Shown here piece by piece: positions 1 through 47,347 of a stretch of 64,000 nt of DNA. Origin of the DNA: Amoebidium appalachense (Eukaryota; Protista; Ichthyosporea); assembly GCA_963693365.1 (NCBI GenBank), contig CAVNZM010000016.1:2405984-2469983 (forward strand). The letters run 5' to 3'. Position 1 is the stretch's first letter, and each line of letters opens with the position of its first letter. The notes under the pieces were generated by a model, which saw nothing but the letters and a program-made list of their open reading frames with translations, was not told where the DNA came from and did no database searches. A program made the position numbers and the translations under genes.

Positions 1-159
1 CCCCCCCCCCCCCCCCCCCCCCATCCCCCACCCACCCACCCAGCGAAACCCTACTCCTCCCCCTTCCTCTCACCACCCCGTGACCCAGGCCCTCCCTCCC
101 CTCCCTAACTCGCTCCTTCTCATGGTTCTCCCGTTCTCTACTTCAAAAGCCTCCCCCCT

Positions 160-198
<39 letters not shown>

Positions 199-372
199 TC
201 CCCTCTGTCCCTCCGGGGACAACTTTAAGGTGTTGCCAAAGTGTGCCCGGGCGGGGAGGGGGGGGGGGGGGGGGGTGGAAGCAGCCAAAGGATATACTAC
301 GGAAAATGGATGAATCACAGAAGAGGAATTAAGGAAGAGGAGTTCAGACACCCGGCAGAGCCCTGGTGGTGT

Positions 373-442
<70 letters not shown>

Positions 443-447
443 CCAAC

Positions 448-17207
<16,760 letters not shown>

Positions 17208-17704
17208 GATAGAGCCCGCCTGGTGGAAGTTCAAGGTGGACCATTCACTTTTGTATGAAAGGCGGTGTTTTCAACTAGACATAGCCTGAGAGAGTTGTGG
17301 TTGATCTAAATCACAAGTTCACAAAAAGTCGAAACGCATGTACAAAGCGAAGCTGTTCTAATTAATTGACGAATAAACCTGTCATGTGTAATTCTTTCTC
17401 CCTCCCTAAACTGATCATTTCACACTGTTGAACGCCGCGAAAAAAAGAGAAAAAAGTCACAAGCGACTCCTCCAAATGGCCAAAGCTACCAAACCCCTTT
17501 TCGGTGTCCTTCAGCCGTCCATCCAGCTCAGGATCCTTTTCTTCAGCAATCAGACATTTGCCTCTAAGAGCCTCTTAGAAAAAAATTGTCACAGGTCAAA
17601 CACACCATGCTACTGTACTTGACTTTTTCTTGCTACTCCCGTTTCAGTCGCTGAAGTAGGACGATGGCTCCCTAGAAGACCCGCTAGAATCCAGCAAGGT
17701 GCGG

Positions 17705-17773
17705 TTACCATATTTGGTATGCTAGGAGCTATATATGGCAACTGAACTCAAATAGCGCGGCTCAGTGACGTCA
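17705..17773. promoter_or_regulatory. Candidate CArG box (CCATATTTGG, 17708-17717) and CRE (TGACGTCA, 17766-17773) in the divergent promoter region
   Basis: Exact consensus matches between the WDTC1 start (17207, minus) and the orphan gene start (18912, plus). Function is inferred only. Confidence 0.35.
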
Positions 17774-18911
17774 CAACAGTCGCATCGGGGCCGCGCGTTG
17801 GGGCACCCCCGGGATACTCCAAGCGGCTACATACTGTGGCCCGAGAGTCTCCTTTCGCAATCGTGGCATTGTATGATTCCTCCCTCCCCCTCCCATTCTC
17901 TCCCTCTCTCTCCCTCTCTCTCTCCCCCCCCTTCCCCCCCTCTCTCTCTCTCAGTCTATACTCTCCCTCTCTCTCCCCCTCTGACTCTCTCCCCCCCCCC
18001 CCCTCTCTCTCTCTCTCCCCCCCCCCCCCCCCCTCCCCGGGCCTTTCGGGCCCCCCTGTCTCTCTCTCTGATCCTCTGTCTCTCTCCCTCTCTCACCTTC
18101 CCCCTCTCCCCCTGCCTCCCCTCCCCCCCCCCCTCCCTCCCTCCAAAAAAAAAAAAATAATAATAAAAATAAAAATAAAAACGTGAGGCGGAGCGCTAGC
18201 CTCGCCGGGAATTCTCCTGCTAAGAAACTCATCGTGCCCGCGGGTACCGGTGCTAGGCGATGATGTATGAGCACAAGTGCATGTGTCAAGCATGTCACAT
18301 ATTCATTGGTTATATTGTCAATATCACTGGCAATTTAACGCGGGGTTAACATGTCAGCCCGGACACTAAACCCAGGGATAACGTGTGGTTTGCTTATGCT
18401 CGCCCCAACATATGGTTTCTCGCTGACATCGCCATGACAAGCGCACGCCGTTGCTGTTATTATGGGCAAGGTACACGGCGGACACCGAGCAAAAGCACAC
18501 AGCACTGGGGGAAGCTCCTGTCATTCCGCACTTTTTTTGGTACACTTTCGTCTTTGGCTTCGTGATGGTGTCAGTTGAAAAGCAGATATTTCTTCCTTGT
18601 TTATATATCATCCTGTGTGTTTGAAGAGCCTTTTCAAATCTCCTATTTTTTGCCGTGGAACCTCAACGAGGATCTCCGAGTTCAAGCTTTTTGGTCCGGA
18701 GCAGTACCCAATATATATATTGTGTCAAATCCTAGTTTATTGTAAGACCAACATACAACATACATGCAACTTAGTGATTAGGCCCTGAAAAGCAAGACTT
18801 CACTTTATTCATCATTGTCAACACTACCGCACAGCCTCTCTCGCTCTCCTTCAACCCCCTACAGCTTCATTCATTTACACGGAACTTTGCCTACGTGCAC
18901 TCTCAGTCACC

Positions 18912-20094
18912 ATGGCAGAAAATGAATACGTTTTACAGGACACAGACACCAACCCCCACTTGGAGACACCCCAATCCCCAACGAGCACGTTCAACCCCCT
19001 TGACACCGTCACTCCCATTTTCGACCAAGACACAGAGCGGCCCGAAAACATGAAACCAGATGGGGAAAGGGAAAAGGAAACAGAAAAAATGAATCGAAGT
19101 GGTGGTGAGAAATCGACGGAGATGAAGAAAGAGGAGGAAGAGACAGAGAGGCCGGAACCCGCAGCAGCAACAGGGGAGGAAAAGGGGGGAGGTCGTGAGA
19201 AGGTGGGAGAGGAGAAGGGAAAAGAGAAGGTGGAAAAGGGGATGGAAAGAGAAATGGGTGAACAAGAGGAAGAAGGAGGGGGAGGAGGAGGAGGAGGAAG
19301 GGGAGGGGGGAGATGAAGGGGTGACGGAGGTTGTTGTGGAGAGGTTTGTGTTTCAGCAGAGGGTGGTAACTATGGGGGCAGCAGAGGTGGAAGAGGGAGA
19401 GGAAGAGGAGGAAGAAGAAGAGGAATTGGGAGAAGAAGCGGGAGTGGAGGAGGAGGGAGGTGTGATGAGACCCACACGCGAACAAGAGAGATTGCACATG
19501 TTCACCCCCGCAAGAGCCCCTGAAACGGTGTCTTCCCTCCGCCGGTTCGTTACCTACAGGGTCCCCTCTATGGCATACCTCTTTTCCGTCCTCACAGACA
19601 ACACTCTACGTCTTTTTCTTCTTGTCGTTGCTCTTTTGCTCCTTCCGTTCAACGTCGCGTTTCTCGTTTCAGGTGGGTCTATCCAGGCTCTCGGATACAC
19701 CATTCAACTCGCAAAATCCCTTCTCTTCGACCTTCCATCGATTGTTCTCGAAAAGGGTGGAATCTTCTTCTTCGCGTACGTGCACGTCTCGCGTATTTTT
19801 TCCGCGTGGACAAACGAGTTTGAGCGCAACCCTATCCCGTCCAGTTTCGCTTTTCTTTTCCTTCTCCACGCGATTTTTTACCCGCATGATTCGCACGCCA
19901 GCGTCGCGGAAGTGTGGCGTTCGTTGAAGCACGCAACTAGGGAGGTGTGGAGGGCGGGGAAGAAGGCGGTGTGGCACGTGTGGGGGGAGATGACGTTTAC
20001 GCGAGTGATGCAGGGGGCGTTGGTGGTGGGGCTGGTGAGGGGACTGGCACAGACGATGGAGGTTGGGGTGAAGACGGTTGCTGGAGCCTGCTAG
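18912..20094 (+). CDS. Uncharacterised membrane protein (acidic low-complexity N-terminus, hydrophobic C-terminal segments), split by an apparent +1 frameshift near 19275-19282
   Basis: ATG in an accATGg context. The Glu-rich frame of 18912..19316 continues as EGEEEEEE in the frame of 19195..20094. Hydrophobic segments such as LRLFLLVVALLLLPFNVAFLV. No family recognised. Confidence 0.6.
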
Positions 20095-20183
20095 AATACG
20101 CTAGAAGGTGTTGTTCTACGTTGGCTCACTCAAGTTTTTTTTTTTCTTTTTTCTTTCTTTTTTTTTGGGGGGGGGGTGCCGGT

Positions 20184-20228
<45 letters not shown>

Positions 20229-21322
20229 ATTATCGGTTTTTTTTTTTTTTGGTTTTTTTTTTTGACGGCCGTTAAAACCTGAGTTTGTACAAGGAGCCAA
20301 TGAGTGAGTGTGCGCGTGTTGTGATTTTATGCACTGCCTATGATGGTAGCCGCACACAGCCCTTTAAATTTCTTGGAGATTTTTATAATGGACGGTATTC
20401 TTATCCCTTTGATTTTGAAATTACTATTAGAACACACTATCCCTCCTTGGCCTATGCTGCCCAAGTTACTTTTCCCCCTTTCAAAAAAAATTCTTTTTTG
20501 GTCTTTGTTTCCACACTGGTTCAATCAAATGGGGGGTTCTGTGGTTGTCTGATGGTGAGGGTTGTGTGGTTTGGGCACTAAACTTAACTCTCCTCCCCTA
20601 AAGTGTGGTTATGACCCGGTGGAATGTGGTTTTATCCGAAATCTCTTTCTTATACATATCACTTGTACAGCCTGCACCGTCCTGAGCGCCGAGACTCTCA
20701 GACGTACCATATCACGCACCTAATATGAGTGCATATGACTCATTGAATTAAAGTTGCCAATTGTGCTGTGTTCCCCCCCCCCCTCCCCCCCCAACCCCAC
20801 CCCACCCCTCCCTGCACTCCCTTCCGCAGCTTTCCCGCTGCAGCTGTTTTGGATTACATTCTCCCTCTATGATGCTCCATACAGTCTGTATTTGCTACCA
20901 ATTACTCACAAAATTACCATGGCCAAATATCCCCCATCCCCACCCCTCCCCCCTTCCGCCCCTTCAGAGTATTATGTCCCCAAACTGAACACTGCTCACC
21001 CGATCTCATACATCAAACATACACGTGTACACGAACCCAAGTGCACGTATAGTCGGTGCATCGATGTCCAAGATGTCCAAATCTTGCGATCATGCCCCGG
21101 TTTAAGTGCATGCCCCGGTTGATCGTGCGAATCGCAAGAGTAAGTTGTCTTGGTTCTAAACGGGCATAAATAATAAATGATTTCATGGTGGAAGTATTAC
21201 AAAGCCTTTTATTCGGAGTGCTATATAGAGAGCATGGAGATGTAAAAAGAGATGCTCGTCCTGCTATCGTAATGTTCAACGTTAGCTAATTAATTGGTCA
21301 CTGAGGGTGGCTTGTGAAGAAA

Positions 21323-21330
21323 TGACGTCA
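21323..21330. promoter_or_regulatory. CRE palindrome TGACGTCA ~290 bp upstream of RPP21
   Basis: Exact bZIP/CREB-ATF consensus. Function not shown. Confidence 0.3.
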
Positions 21331-21610
21331 CACATTCCCTTCGGTGAGACTATTACACTGATGTTCACATTCAGATCGTAGACTATGTACCCGCCCATGC
21401 ACAAAAACTGGGCGGTCATGTGGTTTTGCCTACACAACAAAAAGGAACCTTGCGTTTTCTCATGATCAACCCAACTGTTTAGTTCAGCCAGTCTTGTTCT
21501 CTTTAACTCACGACAAGATGCTAGCATCACCTCCTAGATAACAACACCACCACCCACCCGCGCCCTCCCCGCCGGCCTTTCAACTCGTTCGCCTTCATTA
21601 TCTTACCAAC

Positions 21611-25265
<3,655 letters not shown>

Positions 25266-26046
25266 TCCGCATTTGTCGTGTTGGTATGATGATATTAGTT
25301 GTCGTGTCATACTATTTGATCTCTTTGCTTTTCCAGTTGTAATTGCCATTGTAAGGGTTTTGTTATGATATTTCGTCTTTTTTTTTTTCCTGTGCAACGT
25401 GTCGTTTGTTCTGAATGTATGGATACTCTTTCCGCCTTGCGTGTTCTGGTGTAGGAAATAATCAATCGGAATGGACTGCTATTAGCCATATATAGTTCCA
25501 TAACTTTAAAAAGCTTCGATATGTATGTATGAAGGTTGGGTTGCCTCAACGTAAGCATGTCGTTGTTTATTGCTATGTCTTTCCTTATATGGTTGTGTTT
25601 GCTTTCCTTATATGGTTGGAGTTGTGCCACACTCCATATGTCACTATACATATGACGAATTTTCCACGTTGTTCTGTGAGAGTTCTTCCGTAGGTTCCGC
25701 GTGCGTGTCGCCAAGTTACTTTTGAATGTGAGGTTATTCTTTCTTTCTTACCTGCGAATCTCTCAAATGTATGTATGTATGCAAAGGGTTTCATATGTAT
25801 GCATGAAGGGTTATTGGGTCGTTTCAACTTGGAAGCAATCTGGGCTGCTGGTCAGCTCTTAAATGTGTGATGTGTTTGCCATGTTCGTTGTGTGCGCATT
25901 TTCAGTACCCGCCCCTCCCCACCCTCTCCTCCCCCTCAAAAATTTAAATAAGAAAGAGAAGCTGAAAGATGTGCACACATTCACACTCACTCTCTCATGC
26001 ACACGCACGCGCATACACACATACACAGACACACACACACTCACGT

Positions 26047-26090
<44 letters not shown>

Positions 26091-26318
26091 ACTCTCTCTC
26101 CTCCCCCCCCTCCCTCCCCCTCTGATCACTTACTCACTCTCACTCACTCTCTTTCTCTCACTAGCTCCGCCACACTCCCTCGTGGTTCACTCACTCAATT
26201 CTCACTCACGTGCACAGCACACCCAAAAGAAAAGAAAAAAAAAGAAGAAAATTTAATTCGAGCAGCATGGGGGTAAACCAGCTGTGTTGGTGTGCCTTTA
26301 GGGAAAGGGGAGCCTGCT

Positions 26319-26353
<35 letters not shown>

Positions 26354-27039
26354 GTTATACCGAAATTTAATTAACGAATATGTTGGCATTTCTGGCCTGT
26401 GCGCCATACATTTCCATATATAGACAAAATTAATTTATGATCCAGATTGGGGACATCACCTGTTTTCTTTTACTGACAGCTCCACACTAAATTTTGCTAA
26501 GGTATATCTCGTGGTTGTCCTTAATCATCCCCAGAGGTACATGCTTCTATTTCCTATATTATATACCGGCTTCAAGCATTTATGACCAAGCACGTGCACT
26601 AACTCCCCCCCTCCCCCCCCCCCCCCCCCCCCCCCCCTTCTTCCCCCCCCCCCCCACCGCCCCACCCCCAACCAACCAACCAACCAACCAAAAGAAAAAA
26701 AAAAAGAAAAAAAAGAAAAAAAGAACCACTTATAGTAACCACCATTTTTCTTGCTTCTATTCGGTTGGGTCCCATTAGAGCTCTTAATTATATCCAAAAA
26801 AAAATAGGGATAATCGATTGCCCACACAGAGCCACATACTCTTCATTTCTAAATCTCATTAATATTTAAAGGATTAAACCCATAAAAATGCAGCTCTTGA
26901 GTAGAGGAACACTCAAAACTTCTTAGAAACCATTAAATTAAAAGTCTTATACGCCCACCTACATTGTGCATGTGCATTCGTATATAATTGGTTCTGATCA
27001 CTATATTAGTAATCATATAGGGCAAGCCATGCAGGCGTT

Positions 27040-39847
<12,808 letters not shown>

Positions 39848-39856
39848 TTTTGGTGT

Positions 39857-39948
39857 CTGTATATGTACGTGTTGGGCAGTCAGGTATTTTGCATCCCCGC
39901 CCGCCCAACAACAACCCTCCCCTTCTCCCCCCTTCCCCCCCCAAAAAA

Positions 39949-39991
<43 letters not shown>

Positions 39992-40049
39992 ATAGAAAAC
40001 GAAAGAATGAAAGAAAGAATGAAAGAAAAGGTAAAGAGAAGGAAAAGGA

Positions 40050-40090
<41 letters not shown>

Positions 40091-40237
40091 AAAAAAAAAA
40101 AAAAAGGAAAAGAAAAAAGGAAGAATAAAGAAAGAAAGGAAGAGGAAAATCGATGTGAAAAAAGAAATGTGTGCCTGCGCGAGCGCGCGCGTATGTGTTG
40201 GGATGGCGGTGGTGGTGGTGGTTGGGGGTTGTTGTGT

Positions 40238-40289
<52 letters not shown>

Positions 40290-40829
40290 GGGGAGGGGGG
40301 GGAGGGGGGGGGATAGATGTTCTGTATGTGTGGGTGACTGCACTGAAAGGATATGATGTTTATGTCAATGAGTAAACATTATGCATGTTTTTGTGGGCCT
40401 CAGCCGGTCTTTTGGTAAATCCAGTGTTTGTTGACGTGCACCTTAGGCTGTGTGTTGGTATATTAAAATGCCAGTAATGTGAGTTTTTACACAGGTGCTA
40501 AATTTCCTTACCAATAGCCTAGTATAGTACATGCCATTGGGGCTCCGTGTGTGTGTTCATGTGTGTGCGAGTGAATTTGTGTTCCATGTGCACCTGTTCA
40601 TAGATCATCCGAATGCGGTATTAAATGGTGGGTTCAAATTCAAGTTGAAAGATGAATGCCGCAAGATTAGAACACATGGCACCGTGTGCGTGCAACATTT
40701 ATTGAGCCTCAGTACATATGGTTCAGTATGGGACCCAAATAACGTATGTGTGTGTGTGCGTGTGCGTGTGTGTGTGCGTGTACGTGTGCGTGTGCGTATG
40801 TGCGTGTGCGCGTTCGTATGTGTGTGCGT

Positions 40830-40918
<89 letters not shown>

Positions 40919-40982
40919 CTGTGTGCGTGTGTGTGTGCGTGTGTGCGTGTGTGCGTGTGTGCGTGTGTGCGTGTGTGTGTGT

Positions 40983-41032
<50 letters not shown>

Positions 41033-41120
41033 CAGCGCTGCTGATCTCTCTAACGAACGTAAAAATATAAAAAAGGCCTACACGAGGAGCTACATTTTGG
41101 TTATTGCACACAAAACGTAC
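39857..41120 (-). other. Probable 5'-UTR intron of HAP2
   Basis: Donor cag|GTACGT at 41121/41120. Acceptor atacAG 9 nt before the ATG, with a CTGAC branch-like motif near 39880. The interior has the same CA/poly-C composition as the other introns. No in-frame ATG upstream. Confidence 0.55.
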
Positions 41121-41462
41121 CTGTAAAACGATTTGGATAATCTGCTGCAATTGGTGTTGTTTCTGCCAGCACAGGCTTCTTCTGTGTACTGGCTGGCCTA
41201 GGTTTTTAGTGGCTGAATTGATAACTGCAGTTCTCTTTAACTATATTTGGCACTCAAATGCAATGCGGTCCTTTATAGATGGGTTTCTAAGTACAAATTA
41301 TGTATTTCCTGTTGGTGTGTCGTAGTGTTGTAGGACGAGGTTGTAGCTAACAGGCACCTCCTACACTTTTGAACCTGTGTGTGTCGTGAGTTATACCGTG
41401 CTTAGCTTCAGATTTTTTGACAGCCATACAACAACAACAGTTACCTATACGATAGCCTGCCT

Positions 41463-41798
41463 TATTTATATAAATCTAAGCGCTGTGACAAGTGCAACTA
41501 TGAGAGCAACACAACCACTCTGCCCTTTTACCCGCGAGCGCGATATTTCAGACGTTACCCCACGGCGAACTTCGTGCCAAAAGTTGAGCTGCGGAGGCTC
41601 ACGAGCTGTGATTGGTGTCCCAAACCAGTCTTCACCTGCATGATTACAGACTATACAAAGTCCTTAAAGCATTGTTAAATTTTATAAAATCTCCTTAATC
41701 GTCATTTTAAATGCTTTTTAAATTTGTTGTGGAAAAGCATATTGGCGATGCACCATCCGCCAATCATGTTCCGCAACTAGATTGCGCGAAACACCAAT
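41463..41798. promoter_or_regulatory. Candidate HAP2 promoter: TATA-like palindrome ATTTATATAAAT and four CCAAT boxes
   Basis: ATTGG at 41611 and 41741, CCAAT at 41760 and 41794, TATA-like element at ~41464-41475, all upstream of the putative 5'-UTR exon. Confidence 0.35.
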
Positions 41799-42094
41799 CC
41801 GAAATGCGCTTGCTCCAAAGGAATTTGTATCTGTTTACTCAGTAGATCTGCGGGCATATCTGCCCGCATACACGTACATATATAGAACATGTGCACATGA
41901 AACACTGAGGATGTACGGTCTCGAACGCTGAGACTGGGTCAGACATTGTGTCAGTATATAGTATGGGTGGCGTGAAGGAGACGGAAGAGCGGAAAGACAG
42001 AGGAAGCCGGTGGAAAGAGGGACCCCCTTAGGCAGGCCTGGGATGAGGGGCCGGGCCCGGAGAGGGGGGAGCGGGGAGGGAGAGAGGGGGGAGG

Positions 42095-42139
<45 letters not shown>

Positions 42140-42788
42140 CGGAGGTAGTTTACCGGGATCCAAAGACTAGGAAACAAGTTGAGAGGGGGGGTGAGGGGGT
42201 GGGTGGGGGGGGGGGGGGGGGGGGGTTAACGTTGGATACGAGTGGATATTATGGATTTAATTAAAGCCTATTAGCCACTAGGTTTGAAGTCTACCAGCTG
42301 CAGGAAGCCAGTAACTGTTGCTAGTAGCTACGAGTCAACTGCACATTGTCCATGCCAACACAAGCTTGTAGCAGGCCGCTTCTCCTCCCCCTTCCCGGGG
42401 ACCCCCACAAACACCTACACACACAGGGCCCCTAGGCCCCCGCCACTCCTAGGGTACCCAGGGCCTCCCCCACGTCCGCCGGATCCTTCTCCCTCCCTTC
42501 CGTTCCCCCCAGTGGCACCCTCCCCTCCCCCTTCCCCCTCCGATTCCCCGCGCCCCCTCCTCCCGCGAGAACCACCGGACCGAAACACCGCCACCACCAC
42601 CACCATCCCCGTCATAACCATCACACACAAAACATGCACACATATCAATATATCCACACCTAGACACACGTATGCACAAAGCAAAAAGTCCGGAGGGAGA
42701 AGGATGTGCATGCCAGACTGCCAGAGGCCCAGTAGTCGGAACTTGGGGAAACGTTTTTTGTTTTTGTTTTTTTGTCTTTTTTTTTTTT

Positions 42789-42837
<49 letters not shown>

Positions 42838-44710
42838 TAATTTTTTCTTGGCCCTGGCTTTATTATCTCACATATATCCATGTAATAAGACGAATGTCTA
42901 GATAAGGGTATAGAAGGGAATGTTGACCCTAAATCGTTGCACCGATTGAGTGTTGTCACGGCCACAATGATACCTCCAGCCTATGATATCGGCTGGATTT
43001 GTCCAAACCATCGGCCGGAAATGCTCAGTCATAAATGTCCTTTCTCACACTCATCATGCCCCACTCCTCATCACCTCCCCCCCCTCCCCCCATCTCAGTA
43101 AATTCACCGCTCTAAGAGTACTCGTGTTAAAGTAATAAAAATTCTTCAAGTTAAGATTGTTAATGTAATTCTAACTTTTCAAGCGCAAGAGAATATTAGA
43201 TAATCTGTAAATCAGTTACTTAGGGAATGTCAAAATGAGTAGTCCCCCCCCCTCCCCCACCCCCCCCCCCTTTCCCCCCCCTGCCCACGCGCCCCACCTG
43301 GCTCTCCACGTATACCATATGCTTTCTACCACAGGCATTTGTCTTTTTCATACCCACAATCAGAGAACACAAAACAGGGTTTTGCATATTCGTAACTGAT
43401 GCATGGATACTGCTGGTGACCAATCTACGACTACTCAGTGCACAGCACATGTGCACATAGATTTGATTTCTTGGTCACCTCAAAAACATGTAGCAGAAGC
43501 AAATAAACCTTGCATGTATATGGGTCCAATGCGCAAGCCAAATATGATCGATTTTGTATGATGGTGGGAATATGGCAACCTTTTTTCCAACGTTTGCCTT
43601 ATAAGTACTACCTTCTGCTCCATCGCCGCCAGGCAGATGATATCTGCATCATGATACTAACGAAGCATACGCCATACACGTTCCTACCTTTATCATAGAA
43701 TAAACCTAGGCCCTTTGAACCATGCATGTATATATGGTGCCATTAAGAGTGTTACTTTCCAACCTCGCCACTCCTTCTTCAACAGAAAACTGCCTGTCGT
43801 TCTTTAGTTTTCTCAACTCCTGAGTCCTTTATTACATTAACTCCCCACCTTCCCCCCTTTCCAATCTCACTATAGTGTCTAATAACCTAAGTCGGCACGA
43901 GGTCATCCGGGTCAGAATGGGAATATGTAGACTTGAAGAAGTGCATGATATGAACGCAGTACCAGAATGAGTTCTCACAAGAGTTGCTGTTCAACACACA
44001 CACACAAACATCACAGAAGTTATGTCGTAAATTCGGAGATTTGATGGAAATACAATAGTCTAAGATTCCGTCTGTGTAATCTGTGCAGCTATAAGTTAAT
44101 GTGCCTGGCCCGCCTGGATAACTGGTTCTCTGTAAGTGTCTGTGGGAAATGTATGCTTAGAGGATCACGGAGGAGGAGGGGCGGGGTGGGGCGGGGCAGG
44201 GGGAGGGAGGAGCGGGGGGCGCAGAGAAGGGGGCAGGGGGGGGGGGAGGGGGGGAGGGGGGGCAGAGAAGGGGGCATGGGGGGGGGGGGGGGGGGGGGGG
44301 GGGATTAGGTGTCACATTACGAAGTGCACACTTGAGACGCAACAAATTGATGCAGATCAACAAGCCCACATCAAAGAGTATGCATCGTAAGCTGGGCCCA
44401 TCATGAAGGGGAACGCGGAAGGGAGTGGTGGTGGTGGTGGTGGTCGGGGGGGAGGGGGGGGGGGGGGGGGGGGGGGGGTGATTTAGACCTGACTCAACAC
44501 CTACTGAGTGTTGCCATGGCATAGTATTACCTACTGTGTCTATCCGCTGGCTTTGTCCCAATGGCTTTCCCGGACATGCTAGATCATAAGAGCTCGTTCT
44601 TACACTCGAAGTGCCATTATATATACCCTTCCCTCTCCCTCCCCCCCCCCCCCCCCCCCTCCCCCCCTCATCTTCCTCCCTTTCCTCCCCCTCCCTCCCC
44701 TTGCCCCCTT

Positions 44711-44741
<31 letters not shown>

Positions 44742-45698
44742 ACGCACACACACACAGTCTTCCCTTCGGCACTCTTTCAATCCCACAATCACGGAGCACA
44801 AATTTTGGTTTGCCATTTAGATGGCTTGTGCATAGGGTAGTTGGTTGGCCATTTAACGATCATGGGTGTACATCACATATGCATGTGCAAGAAAACCTCA
44901 CCCCACTCCAAAACCATTTTTCAATGCTGCAGCAGTGGGTCTCGACATATGTGTGTCAGGTACAAAAAGGCCAGCCCAAATCATATATCATGCAAAACTT
45001 GGTAAGGCAGTATTTAAATAGCCTTTGTGTCTGTTTAGCAATAAGTAGGGTTTTTTTTTAACCTTTCTTGTGAAGGCCTTATTTCATGCCGCTTCTATGG
45101 GTGCCACTGGGTACCGGTGTAACATCCGGTCGCATTAGGCCCTAGTCACTCTGAGTGCTGTCTTCCTGCGGCCTCTTCTTCTTCTTCTTCTTCTTCTTCT
45201 TCTTTTTTTTATTTTTTATGTTGCCGTCACGCAGCGTAGTAGGGCCAAGCCACTTACGTTAGTCAGCGGGTACAAAGCATTGGGGACTAATTAGGCCCGA
45301 TAGTCAAGTCGGTGCTTCCAAATCGGAAGCAAGACGTCGTTCAACCCCGACATATGCATGAAAATCAATCACCTTCGTGCTGTATATACAGCACAAGCCC
45401 CTAAGGCAACCACACCAACACCGAATTTGGCATTTTCTGTTGGCATTTTTGGCAGCTCATCTCGTGTTTTATGAGCCCTGCCCAAAATTATACCGTAGAC
45501 TAAGGTGCATATCTCTGCCATACCGTAAATTCACTCTTAGTTATCACCATCAGCCAGGTATCTCGAGGTGGTCTGGAACCGAAGGTGTGTTGGGTGATAT
45601 GACTGTCGCCCTCTCAAAATATGGTGGTGAAACGGGATACAGCTAGTGCCGCGTGGCACATACAAATACACGCACACATGTACAACACGCGCAGGCGT

Positions 45699-45813
<115 letters not shown>

Positions 45814-46183
45814 GAATAAAAATATTTCCCCTTTTGCCCAGTGACCTTGCCACTAAAGGTCAACGGGAACAAGTGAACTTAAGATTCTGGCCAACCCCTT
45901 TTGGTTTTTAAACGGCCATTGGCAGTGGTGGAGGGCGAGGGGAGAGGGAGGGAGGAAGGGGGGGGGGGGGGGGGGGGGGAGGGAGATAGTCAGGGGAAGG
46001 GGGGGGGGGGGGGGGGGGGGGGTGATTAAGGGGAGATGTTCATACACAGGCATCTCATGGCGAGGCAACTTGTGTAAGTATGACATTGTGATATATGGGT
46101 TGTTCACAGAAAATGTCTTGAAGCCAAACCACCATGGGCTGTGCAGAACGTCGTTCACATGCCCTTATGATCACGTGCTCCCC

Positions 46184-46214
<31 letters not shown>

Positions 46215-47302
46215 ACCGTGACACACGTGCGCGTGCGCGCGTGCACACACACACGCACACTCACACCGGCCACCACTCGCTCAGATTTGCCAGCTGCTTT
46301 CTGCTCTCCCTTCTATTCCCATAATCAAGTAACATAAACCATTGTTTTGACCGTACAAAAAGTCGTGCACACTTAGGTCTGGTGACCAGCCATCAACCAG
46401 TGGACGCCAAGTGTGCACATTCCACCTTTCTGCTTCGAGAGGGAAAACTGTCTCTAAGACTAGGCGCAGAGAGACTTTGAGTCCCACAGAGATGAGGTCA
46501 CCTCATTGACTATTTGCACAAGAAAAAAAACGAACACCTGTTGCTTTAGCGTGCCAGAATTGAGATGTATGTTAACAGTGTTGTGTGTGTGGTGGTGTGT
46601 GACCATAATGCATCGGCCTTTCACCATCCTCTTTCACAGCAATCTCACCTTTAATTGGTAATTCTTATCTGTTTTGGGTGACAAAGGAACTTTCAAACGC
46701 CGGTGTATTTAAACACCTGTTTCTCATAGCAGCGCCTTTTTCATCTGCAGCTAATGTGGCATCACTCTCCACATTTGTATGTCCGTCCCCTCCCCCCTCC
46801 CCCCCCCCCCCCTTCTCCCTGGTCCCCCCTCCCCCCACCCTCCCTCTCCTCCTTGCCCCAACCTTCACAAAAACACTCTTGGGCCTTAACTGACATAGAA
46901 CTATGTTCCCACTCCCATTTTCCTCGTACCCTCTAGACGTTTTCAGCACAGGTCCCCCCCCCCCCCCCCCCCCTCCCCCCTCCCCCCAACCTCCCCCCAC
47001 CCACCCACCCTTCAACTCTCCCCCTCCCAAGCACACAGATAAAGACACCCATGCATATACCAAAAAGACCAAATGAAAACATGATCTCTCTGTCGGGCCC
47101 ATGTCATCTGGGTATCTCGGTAGTACATAGCAGCCCTCCCTCCCCCACCTTCCACGGCACGTGAAATACGTATACAGGGAGGGGGTCACCCGCACGTTAC
47201 ATATATTCGTATATATTCGTATATATTTACCGGTTGCGGGTGACCCCTCAGGGATACATACGTCTCTAGGTGAAGCAAAGTGGTTTTTTTTTACCCCGAA
47301 AA

Positions 47303-47347
<45 letters not shown>

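Noticed and set aside
20285-20581. ORF EPMSECARVV.. as a further exon of the orphan gene
   Set aside because: The upstream ORF has its own stop at 20094, the splice signals are weak, and no motif is recognisable. More likely 3' UTR.
41849-41868. Perfect 8-bp hairpin tgcgggca-tatc-tgcccgca as a Helitron end or terminator
   Set aside because: No CTRR terminus or U-tract follows it and there is no matching element nearby.
45294-45350. tRNA-like start (gcccgatagtcaagtcggt) and tracrRNA-like gtcggtgc
   Set aside because: I could not build a cloverleaf, T-loop or acceptor stem, and matches this short are expected by chance.
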